This document shows, piece after piece, positions 53,540-63,785 of a stretch of DNA of 64,000 nt. Below the pieces are notes generated by a model. That model was not told the DNA's origin. It worked only from the letters and a program-made list of their open reading frames with translations, and made no database searches. The number at the start of each line of letters is the position of its first letter. Within the stretch, counting starts at the first letter, position 1. The position numbers and the translations under genes were made by a program. The stretch is from Carcharhinus amblyrhynchos (lineage: Eukaryota), in assembly GCA_965287045.1 (NCBI GenBank), contig OZ336883.1:69812001-69876000 (forward strand), written 5' to 3'.

Positions 53540-55905
53540 ATAGAATCGTAGAATCCCTACAGTGCAGAAGGAGGCCATTCGGCCCATCGAGTCTGCACCG
53601 AACTCAATCCAACCCGGCCCTATTCCCATAACCCCATATATTTACCCTACTATTCCTGTGTGGAGTATGCACGTTCTCTCCACCTGCATGAACTTCCTCT
53701 GGATGCTCCAGTTTCCTCCCACAGTCCAAATATGTGCAGGTTAGGTGGATTGGCCGTGCTAAGTTGCCCCTGAGTGTCAAGGGAGCTAGCTCAGGTAAAT
53801 ACTTGGGGTTACAGGGATAGGGCCTGGGTGGGATTGTGGTCGGTGTAGACACGATGGGCCAAATGGCCTCCTTCTGCATTGTACGATTCTATGATAATCC
53901 CCTGATGCTATGGACAATTTAGCATGGCCAATCAACCTAACCTGCACATCTTTGGACTGTGGAAGGAAACCGGAGCATCCGAGGAACACCACGCAGACAC
54001 GGTGAGAAAATGTGTAAACTTCACACAGACAATGATCCGAGGCTGGAATTGAACCCGTGCCCCTGGTGCTGTGAGGCAGCAGTGCTATCCACTGTGCCAA
54101 TGTGCCGCCCTATAACTGAACCATTCAATTAATCCACCCGGGCCTTGTTCTCAGTCACATGACCTTCCCTTTTCTCCTTTTTACCGAGTGACTCCTGACT
54201 TTACAATCAAAAAACGTCAGAAATATTCAACAGATCAGGCGGCTTCTGTGGAGAATGAAACAGAGCCAAGGTTTCAAGTGAATGACCATCGATCAGAACT
54301 GGGAAAGTTTGAGATATAACACGTTTGAGACCGATCCAGAGATGGGGAAAAGGGGAGAGGAGGCTAGATCCAAAAGGAAGGCCTGTGATGGAAGCATAGA
54401 AGGAAGCCATTTGGCCCATCGATTCTGCACTGATTGTCCAAAAGAGCATCTTACCCAAGCCCACCCCCACCCTATCCCCATAACTCCACACATTTATCCT
54501 GCAAAACCCCCTAAAGGACACTAAAGGACAATTTAGCATGGCCAATCCACCTAACCTGCACACCTTTGGACTGTGGGAGGAAACCAGAGCACCCGGAGGA
54601 AACCCACACTGACTCGGGGAGAATGTGCAAATTCCACACGCATAGTCACCCAAAACCGGGAATCAAATCTGGGTCCCTGACGCTGTGAGGCAGCAGTGCT
54701 AGGGTGGAAGAGAGGAGAGATTAAATAAAAAAGGGATAGAATCATAGAATCCTGCAGTGCAGAAGGAGGCTATTCGGCCCATTAAGTCTGCTTCGACCAC
54801 AATCCACTTATCCCCAGCAGTCCATGCATTTACCCCAGCTAGACCCCTGACATAAATTGCACAATTTAGCACGGCTAATCCACCTAACATGCACATCTTT
54901 GGACTGTGGGAGGAAACCAGAGCACCAGGAGGAAGCCCAGCAGACATGGGGAGAATGTGCAAACTCCACACAGACAGTGACCTAAGCCAGGATTTGAATC
55001 TGGGTCCCTAGCGCTGTGAGGCAGCAGTGTTAACCACATGGAGGTTAACAATCCTTTTCTTAAACAAATTACTAATTAGCCACAAATAAGGCTTACATTT
55101 ACACTGCAATGAAGTTACTGTGAAATTTCCCTAGCTGCCACACTCCAGTGCCTGTTCGGGTCAATGCACCTAATCAGCACATATTTCTGACTGTGGGAGG
55201 AAACCGGAGCCAATGAGCTAAGACAGGATGAAGTTGGATGATGTTAGGTATGATAGATGCACAGATTTCTGAGATTATAAATCGTCTTAAGGTGAACTTC
55301 AGAACATCTTACCACGGAGTGTGTTGCTCATTGCTGTCCTTGTAGTCATTGGTTAAAAACTACTTAACAAAAGAAAATCAATATCTTCCCTTGTATATTG
55401 CATCTGTATGTGTTAAAAATTTCAAAGTAGTTTGAAGTAAATTTCAAGGACCTAAACAATTCCCGGGGAACAGAAAAGAAACTTGCTCTTATCAGGTCCA
55501 CAGAATGCCTCAAAGCCCTTCAAAATCATTCATTGTTTGCAAAGTGCACTCATTTTTATGTTTGTAAAAGTGAAATCTTATCATGATAGAACCCTACAGT
55601 GCAGAAAGAGGCCCATTGAGTCTGCACCAACCACAATCCCACCCAGGCCCTACCCCCATATCCCTACATATTTTACCAGCTAATCCAAGCATCTCAGGGC
55701 ACTAAAGGGCAATTTTAGTATGACCAATCAACCTAACCCACACATCTTTGGACTGTGGGAGGAAACCAGAGCACCCGGAGGAAACCCATGCAGACATGAG
55801 GAGAATGTGCAAATTCCACACAGACAGTGACCCGAGCCAGGAATCGATCCCAGATCCCTGGAGCTGTGAATCAGCAGTGCTAACCACTGTGCTACCGTGA
55901 CGCCA
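53540..55905. mobile_element. Cluster of about six HE1-like V-SINEs, some nested, plus a Penelope-like fragment (54205-54390)
   Basis: Copies at 53540-54110 (minus, with a nested plus copy at 53655-53892), 54395-54700, 54737-55038, 55070-55210 and 55586-55905. Confidence 0.85.
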
Positions 55906-56145
55906 AAGTGGCAACTAGTTTACGTATAATCTTTCTTCAGGTGTGTAGGTTGAGTAAAGAATGTTTGACAAGACACCAGGAGAACGCCACGATTTTCCTC
56001 AAATATTCACCTGAATCAATACTTGGAGATTTAATAGTGCATTCAGAAGATAGCTCCTCCTGCAATGCAGTACTACCTCAGGACAGCAGTAATGTGGTCT
56101 ATATTGGTCAGTTCCAAGCATTGAACTTCAAAATCCTCAACCTTT

Positions 56146-57257
56146 AAATCCATGAAGGTTGCGTCACAAGTTGAGAAGGTTGTTAGGAAGGCGTATGGAA
56201 TGTTAGCCTTTATAGGAAGGGGTATAGAGTATAAAAGCTGCCGTCTAATGCTTCAGTTGTACAGAACGTTGGTTAGACCGCATTTGGAGTACTGCGTCCA
56301 GTTCTGGTCACCTTACTACCGGAAGGACGTAGAGTCTCTGGAGAGGGTGCAGAGGAGGTTTACCAGGATGTTGCCTGGCATGGAGGGGCTGGGTTACAAG
56401 GAAAGGTTGGAGAAACTGGGACTATTCTCCTTGGAAAGACGGAGATTGAGGGGGGACATGATAGAGGTATATAAGATACTGAAGGGAATAGATAGAGTTA
56501 ATAGTGAGAGACTGCTCCCTAGACTGGGTACAAACACGAGAGGTCATGATTTAAGGGTGAGGGGGGAGAGGTATAATTTGGAGGTGAGAAGAAGGCTCTT
56601 TACGCAGAGAGTTGTGGGGGTATGGAACGCGCTACCGAGTAGGGCGGTGGAGGCAGGAACGTTGGACTCGTTTAAGGTTCAGTTAGATAGACACATGAGT
56701 GAAACGAGGATGGAGGGTTATGGTAGGGGCTATTAAATAAAGTTAGAACCTCAGGAGACACCGGAAAAGCAGGCTTGTAAGATTAACGTTTTTGTCTTTT
56801 TATTCCGCAGGCGGAGGTCCACCTCGTGTCAAACGAGGGGCATGCACACGGTGGGTCGTGCGTGGGCTGCTCTTGGAAGTTCCAGGAGTGGCCTAGTACT
56901 TCGTGTCGGTGTGTGTGCTTGATCCTGGACCGGTAGACGGGCGCCGCAACAGCTCGGTGACTAGCACTGCTAGCTGTGCAGATACATGGATTTGGGCCTG
57001 TGTCTGTGGGAGTTTGCGCATTCTCCCTGTGGTTGTGTGGGTTTCATCCAGGCGCTCCGGTTTCCTCCCACACCCCAAAGATGTGCTCTTAGGCTGATTG
57101 GTTTTACCAAATTGACACTATTCTCCCCTGAATCTGGCTAAGTTAGGGGTTCCATTCGTAGACATGCAGGGTAGAATAGGTGTAGGGTGATGCGGCGGCG
57201 CGGGCTCGTTGGGCCGAAGGGCCTGTTTCCCGTGCTGGGTTGTTCTTTGTTCTTTGT
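56146..57257 (+). mobile_element. 5'-truncated CR1 LINE of a second young family with a long composite 3' UTR
   Basis: Intact 194-aa CR1 ORF2 C-terminus (56152-56736), a (GTTCTTT)n tail, and a 7-bp TSD AACCTTT at 56139-56145 and 57258-57264. Confidence 0.9.
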
Positions 57258-58571
57258 AACCTTTGAACTTAACTCAGGAATGATATTTCTGGTCCTTTTC
57301 TAAGTCTGTCTATGTGCATTCTACTAACTGTACAGTAGAAGGGCCACATAATTTCCATCCATTGATAGTCAAAGGAACACAGGATTAGAGGTAGGCCATT
57401 CAGGCCCACGACTGTGTTCTGTCACTTAATTAGATAATGTTTGATCCATACTTAAACTCCATTTACCTGACTTTGATCAATATCCTTGCCTAATAAAGTA
57501 GTTACAATCCTGTTAGGGGCCATTAACGTTTAAAGAAGAAATCCAAATACCCATCAATTAACTGATGGAACTACGCTACAAGATTTCACGGGTGGATCTT
57601 TACAGCCCCGCTCAAGTGAGACTGGAAAATCCTGCCCAAGTCAATGGATGTTTCCATTATCTATCTACCCCTTGCCCACTCCGATTCCATGGTGGGCAGG
57701 GCAATAGAATTCCAGTGCATGTATTTAAACAAAAACAAACTTTATTGTGTACAGAAAGAGAAATTAAACAGTGAATCCACCATGATAGCTTATAAAGCCT
57801 TAGGCTATGAGCTCAGTGCTATTTTTATTTCACCCCTCCCACCAGAAGAATTCCTTTATCATTCAAGTGAAGGTTCATTCACTTGTTTCCTTTAATAGAA
57901 TAACTGCAGATGTCACGTCTCCAGTTCTTTAGCTAAGTAAGGCCATCTGCTGTTTGACAACAAGAACCAATTTACTGACTTTATCGTGAGTTAAGTTTTG
58001 AATTGTAAATATCTCAAACCTTTGTGGTTTGGCAGCCTCAAGATGTTTACCAGGGTGTTCCCCACAAACCAGCTCCCCCCCCCCCAACGCCCACTGTCCC
58101 CCACATCATGGAACTTACATTTAAAATTCAATTTCTGAAACTAAAAAGCTCTCCCTTGAAAATATGGACTATTATATTTGGCCTACAGAACTCGGCCTTG
58201 AAAATTTCAATTAACCTGGCATCCTCAGCCTTTTGGGTGGGAGAGAGTGTTCCAGATTTTCACAACCCTGTGTGCAAACGTATTTGACTCCTGAAGGGCC
58301 TAGTTCTAATTTTAAAAGTGTACCCTTTATTGTAGAGTCCCATATCAGAGGAAAAAGCCACCCTGAGCCTCCTGTTAAATCACCCTGTCAACCTTCTAAA
58401 TTCACGGAAGATCGTCCATGTTTATGTAAATTATGTCCATAATTTAATCTTTCTAGTCCCACTCCCTTTTGCACCAAAATATAATTCCTGAGATGCAGTG
58501 CCTAGAACAGAACACAGCATTCCAGATGCTGTCTGCCCAACACTCTGTGAAACTAAAGAATATAATCCTCC

Positions 58572-59736
58572 TGTAATGATACTGTGCCTTTAAGAAATGC
58601 ATTTGTGTTATCTTTCTGGTGTAGGATTTTTTTTTACCAGTCCCTTCTACTTATCGGTGCCACTTGTCTATAGCCAGCACCTCTGGTGTTGCTGCTGCAA
58701 CATAATTATTCTTAATGACTAGAATGTTTGTTTTAATCTGGACGAAGACAGGATTGTGTTAGTGTTTTCCCCTGGAGTTTTTCAGAGTGGGGTTTGATTA
58801 GAGGTTTTTACAGGTAAAATCATGTGACTTGGCAGAACTAGGCCCATGGAAAGAAACCCAGTTCAGTTGCTGCTTGGGAGTTGTAGATAGAAGTAGCTCC
58901 AGTGAAACGCTGGAGGTCTAGCAACTCACATAAGCCTGTGTGTTTTTGCTACCTGATTCTGAGGAGGGGATTTATTAGGTGCATTGGCCATGCTAAATTC
59001 TCCCTCAGTGTACCTAACAGATGCTGAGTGTGGCAATGAGGGGATTTTCAGAGTAATTTCATTGCAGCGTTAATGTAAGTTTACTTGTGAGATTAACAAA
59101 TAAAATAAACATTAAGTGTCTGTGAGAATATTACTTATATTGGAACTATAGAGAAGGCTATCTGTTAAGAATTACAACTTGTCATGTTTAAGCATTTAAA
59201 CCAGTGAAGGTTATGCTAATTATTTTTGTTTTTTTAAAATTTTTTTAAACTTTATTCCAATCCAATCAAGTCAAATTAAAGCCAATTCAGAGTCCCAACA
59301 AGTTGGGACATTCCCGATCCAAGCTGACAAGACAGGGCTCCCACCTCCTGTCTTGGGCTTGATCTACATGATCCAAGCTGATTGGAGTAGGTGTAGCTGC
59401 ACCTCCAAGGCTTGATCTCATTTGCATCTTAGCCCAAAGGCTGAGATGCCGCTTTAAGAAATTGCTTCAAATGAAGCTGAATTGTAACCTAATGACTTCA
59501 ACCAAGTGCAGCATGTCGATACTACACTTAGCCAAGAGGCCGAGAAGCGATTATTTTAGTTATATTTTTGCTGGGTTGTGAAATAAAAATTGGTTTAAAT
59601 AAAAGCTTCCTCATGGGCCAAGAGAATCATACCTGGAGCAAAACACCTTATCCTCACACTAATGCCAAAATCAAAAACACTGGGGTCTAGGCTAACTTTA
59701 TAATATGCCTTGGAGTTTCTGATCTGGTCCCGAGCA
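58572..59736 (+). mobile_element. Solo LTR (probably Gypsy-type) with nested insertions
   Basis: TG…CA termini and a perfect 4-bp TSD CTCC (58568-58571 and 59737-59740). Its 3' part (aataaa…gaatcatacctggag…ttggagtttctgatctgg) resembles 1110-1255. Confidence 0.7.
59231..59551 (-). mobile_element. U2 snRNA-headed SINE-like retroposon, copy B
   Basis: Minus strand begins ATCGCTTCTCGGCCTCTTGGCTAAGTGTAGTATC (U2 nt 1-40 with a 6-nt deletion) and ends in AATAAA plus an A-rich tail. Probable 10-bp TSD tattt(t)tgtt/tattttagtt at 59221-59230 and 59552-59561. Confidence 0.85.
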
Positions 59737-59839
59737 CTCCCCTATTTCTTGAGTTCATTGATAGCCTTCTTTAGTTAATTTCCAGCTGCTACCTTGCCCA
59801 TATTTTATTCTATCTTGCTGTACTTTGCACAGGATGTCG

Positions 59840-60390
59840 ATAATACAAGTAAGAGCCAGGCTGAATATAGAAAGTTCAGCAAGGAGATGAGAAGGGAAAT
59901 AAGAGAAGCAAATAGAAAGTCTAAGAGATTGGCAGCTAGCTAACATACAAAGGAAACCAATAATCTTTTATTGGCATAGTGATAGTTAAAGGATAGTAAC
60001 AGGAGTACTGGGGCTGATTGCAGGTATGTTGGCCATAATTTTCCAATTCGCCTTAGATATGGGGGGCGTGGTGCCAGAGGTGGGGAGAATTGCAAATATT
60101 TCACCTCTGTTCAAAAATGCAATGAAAAACTGGTCAGTTTAACCTTGGGAAAGCTTTTAAAAACAATGATCTTGGACTGAGTTTACAGTCACTTGGACAA
60201 GGCTGGATTAATTAAGGAAAGTCAGCATGGATTTGTTAAAGAGAAATTGTGATGAATGAACTTCATTCTGTGATGAAATAACAGAAAAGGTCGATGAGGC
60301 TGTTGCAGTAGATGTGGGGCATATGGACTTCCAAGGGCTTTTGATAATCGTCCACGTAATAGGATTGCCAGCCAAGTTGAAGCATCGTAC
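59840..60390 (+). mobile_element. Old CR1 ORF2 fragment upstream of the RT core
   Basis: Degraded WRIANISPLFKN, SQHGFVK and MDFQRAFDN-type motifs. Confidence 0.65.
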
Positions 60391-60395
60391 AACCT

Positions 60396-60800
60396 GATTT
60401 TGATTTGATTTGATTTATTGTTGTCACATATATTAGTATACAGTGAAAAGTATTGTTTCTTGCACACTTTACAGATAAAGCATACCGTTCATAGGGAAGG
60501 AAAGGAGAGGGGTGCAGAATATAGTGTTGCAGTCATAGCTCAGGTGTAGAGAAAGATCAACTTAGTGCGAGATACGTCCATTCAACAGTCAGATGGCAGC
60601 AGGGAAGAAGCTGTTCTTGAATCAGATGGTACGTGCCCTAAGACTTTTGTACCTTATTCCCGATGGAAGAAGGTGGAGGAGACAATGTTCTGCGTTCGTG
60701 GAGTCCTTAATTAGGCTGGCTGCTTTTCCAAGGCAGCAGGAAGTGTAGACAGAGTCAATGGATGGGAAGCTGGTTTGCGCGATGGACTGGGTTTCATTCA
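60396..60800 (-). mobile_element. Rex1/Babar-type LINE 3' end
   Basis: Reverse complement of the 51185 element; (GATTT)n at the left end. Confidence 0.85.
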
Positions 60801-61051
60801 CACTTACTTGGCAATGCTGAGGAACCGCAAACTGATCTGTAAATATTATCTGTCAAAATATTTTACGTGCAAAGTCTTCCCATCTCAATAGAATTACAAG
60901 CTAGTAAATGACAGGGAAGATTATTGATGACAGAGCTGTTCTCTACTTTCTATCCTAATTACAGTTTGACCACTAAAATGTCACAGATTTGTAGATTGGA
61001 TAACTTCATTCCTCAATACGTCTTGGCGTTAAATAAGTTAAATACCTTCAG

Positions 61052-61261
61052 AGAAAATGCTGGAAAATCTCAGCAGGTCTGGCAGCATCTGTGAGGAGAG
61101 AAAAAAGCTGACGTTCCAAACTGACCCTTTGACAAAGCATCATCTGGACTCGAAACATCAGCCCTTTTCCCTCCTCACAGATGCTGCCAGACCTGCCGAG
61201 ATTTTCCAGCATTTTGTCGTTTGGTTTCAGATTCCAGCATCCGCAGTAATTTGCTTTTATT
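61052..61261. mobile_element. Palindromic Penelope-like terminal-repeat insertion
   Basis: Same inverted arms as 26142; perfect 16-bp TSD AGTTAAATACCTTCAG (61036-61051 and 61262-61277). Confidence 0.75.
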
Positions 61262-61424
61262 AGTTAAATACCTTCAGCTCAGTTTTGAGACTTTGTGATA
61301 TCCTTGCCTTTTAAAGATGTAAGCCTGGTTGATTTCTCAGTAACTGAAAGGAAAAAGATACATTTGCCTGAGTTAGGAACAGCAGAAGCATTATCTTTCG
61401 CCTGTTCAGACACCGGGTTATATG

Positions 61425-61632
61425 AGGTTGGTTTAGCTCAGTTGGTTGGTCAATCTGTTTCTGATGCAGAGAGATGCCAGCAGCTGTGGGTTCAATTCTT
61501 ACACTGGCTGAGGTTATATATGAAGGCTCCACTTTCTTAACCCTGCCTCAGGAGTTGCGATCCTCAGGTTAAATCAACACCAGTCAGCTTTTCCCCAGAG
61601 CTGCCTATGGTCACCTCAGAGGCTTTACCTTA
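61425..61632 (+). mobile_element. tRNA-derived SINE (third family)
   Basis: A box TAGCTCAGTTGG and B box GGTTCAATTC, followed by a non-tRNA body. Confidence 0.6.
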
Positions 61633-61804
61633 TCATATTAAGTACTTTTCTTTATTATTTTGGAGTCCCGGTGTGTAGTTTTCATTTTACCTGAGAGTAT
61701 TGGCTTTGTTAAAGCTTCTCCTTCCCCCTGAAAGGCTGTGATCCATCTGGGCACCTTGCTCCTTTGGGCAGTTTGTAACTGGATAACTTGTCTTTTGCTT
61801 TTAG

Positions 61805-63475
61805 AGAAATAAGAATATAAAAATATAAGAAGTAGAAGCAGAGGGCTTCTATGACAGTTGGTTAGAGGGCTCTTTGCGCTTGTTCCACTGTTGGCTGATC
61901 TGATCTTGGCCTCATTCCTCCTTTCCTACTTGTCTCCCATAATCTTTCACTCTCCTATTCATCAAACATTTATCTACTCAGTGTTGAATATATTCAATGA
62001 CCCTGCCCCCACAACTCTCAGAGATAGACTTGGAAATCTTAGAATCCCTACAGTGCATAAGGAGGCCATTTGGCCCATCAAGTCTGCACTGGCAACAATC
62101 CCACCTAAGCCCCATCCGTTCATATTTACCCGATTAATCCCTCTAACCTAAGCATCCTGGGACATTAAGGGGCAATTTAGTATGGTCTATCAACCTAACC
62201 TGCACATTTTTGGACTATGGGAGGAAACTGGAGCACCTGGAGGAAACCCATGCAGACATGGGGAGAACATGCAAAATTCACACAGACAGTGACCCAAGCC
62301 AGGAATCGAACCTAGGTCTCTGGAGCTGTGAAGCAGCAGTGCTAACCACAGCGCCACTGTGACAGTTCCAAAGATTCACAACCCTCTGAGAGAACAAATT
62401 CCTTTCATCTCTGTCTTAAACAGGAGAACACTCATTTCTAAACTGTGCCCACTTGTTCTAAATTCCTCCTACTGAGGGAGGAACATCCTGTCAATATACA
62501 CATTGTCAGGTCCCCTCAAGATCTTGCATGCTTCATTTTCTAAACTCCAATGAATATAAGCCCAACTTGCTCGACCATTCCTGATAAGGCTAGCTGCCTC
62601 AACTCAGGAATCAGCTCAGTGATCTAACTCTGAACTGCTATCAATGCAAATATAGCTTTCCTTAAATAAGGAGTCCAAAAGTGTATATAGTATTCTTGGT
62701 GTGGTCTCAACAATGCCCTGTACTGTTGAAGCAAGGCATTACTACTTTTATTGTCCCTCGTTTGCAATAAAGGTCAATACTCCATTTACTTTTCTAATTA
62801 GTTGTTGTAACCTACATACTAACTTTTTTTTGCATTTCATGCACAAGGTACCGCAGCATTTTGTAATCTCTCTCCATTTAAATATTTTGCTTTGTACACT
62901 TCCTGCCAAAGTAGGTGGCACAGTGGCATAATGGTTACCACTGCTTCCTCACAGCTCCAGGGATGTGGGTTCGATTCCTGACTTGGATCACCGTCTATGT
63001 GGAGTTTGCACTTTCTCCCCGTGTCTGCATGTGTTTCCTCCGGATGCTCCGGTTTCCTCCCACATTCCAAAGATATGTGGGTTATGTTGATTGGCCATGC
63101 CAAATTGTCCATAGTGTCCCGGGATGTGTAAGGTAGAGGGATTAACAGGGTCGTAGAAATAGGGCCTGAGGTGGGATTGTTGTCAGTGCAGACTCGATGG
63201 GCCAAATGGCCTCAATCTGCACTATAGGATTTCTATGAAAACCTCACATTTTCTCCATCTGCCACATTTTTGCCCACTTACTTAACCTATCTAGATACCT
63301 TTGGTGTCTTTTTCTGTCCCCCTCATGCCTTCTTTTCCCGATTATCTTTATATTGTCAACAGGTGCCATACACACAGTTCCTTCATCCAAATCATCATTT
63401 AGATCGCAAATAGTTAATTTCCCAGAACTGATCCCAGCAGCACCACACTAGTTACAGCTTGCCAACCCGAAAATG
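61805..63475 (-). mobile_element. Old CR1 LINE interrupted by two HE1-like SINEs (62035-62362 minus, 62914-63236 plus)
   Basis: Minus-strand CR1 tail and ORF2 remnants (…YLNGERLQNAAV…) resume on either side of each SINE. Confidence 0.75.
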
Positions 63476-63496
63476 TGGCATTAAAGTTTTTTTTAA

Positions 63497-63785
63497 ATGT
63501 TTATTTATTAGTGTATGAGTAGGCTTACATTAACACTGCAATGAAGTTACTGTGAAAATCCCCTAGTCGCCACACTCCAGCGCCTGTTTGGAGATACTGA
63601 GGGAGAATTTAGCGTGGCTAGTGCACCTAACCAGCATGTCTTCCAAACTGTGGGAGGAAACCAGAGCACCCGGAGGAAACCCATGCAGTCACGGAGTAGT
63701 CTCTACACAGGCAGTGACCTAAGCCGGGAATTGAAGCCAGGTTCTTGGTGCTGTGAGGCAGCAGTGCTAACCACTGTGCCACAGT
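63497..63785 (-). mobile_element. V-SINE with alternative 3' tail
   Basis: Same head and tail as 45655. Confidence 0.85.

Noticed and set aside
58672-58690. CTCF-like motif (CACCAGAGGTGCTGGC on minus) in the LTR
   Set aside because: It is only a partial consensus match and cannot be supported from sequence alone.
59518-59551. Functional U2 snRNA gene (also 39915-39948)
   Set aside because: Only the first ~40 nt match, with substitutions and a deletion. There is no U2 Sm site or 3' stems, and the segment is fused to a polyadenylated body.
61425-61510. tRNA gene
   Set aside because: A and B boxes are present but there is no clean cloverleaf, and it continues into a SINE-like body. The same applies to all V-SINE heads.
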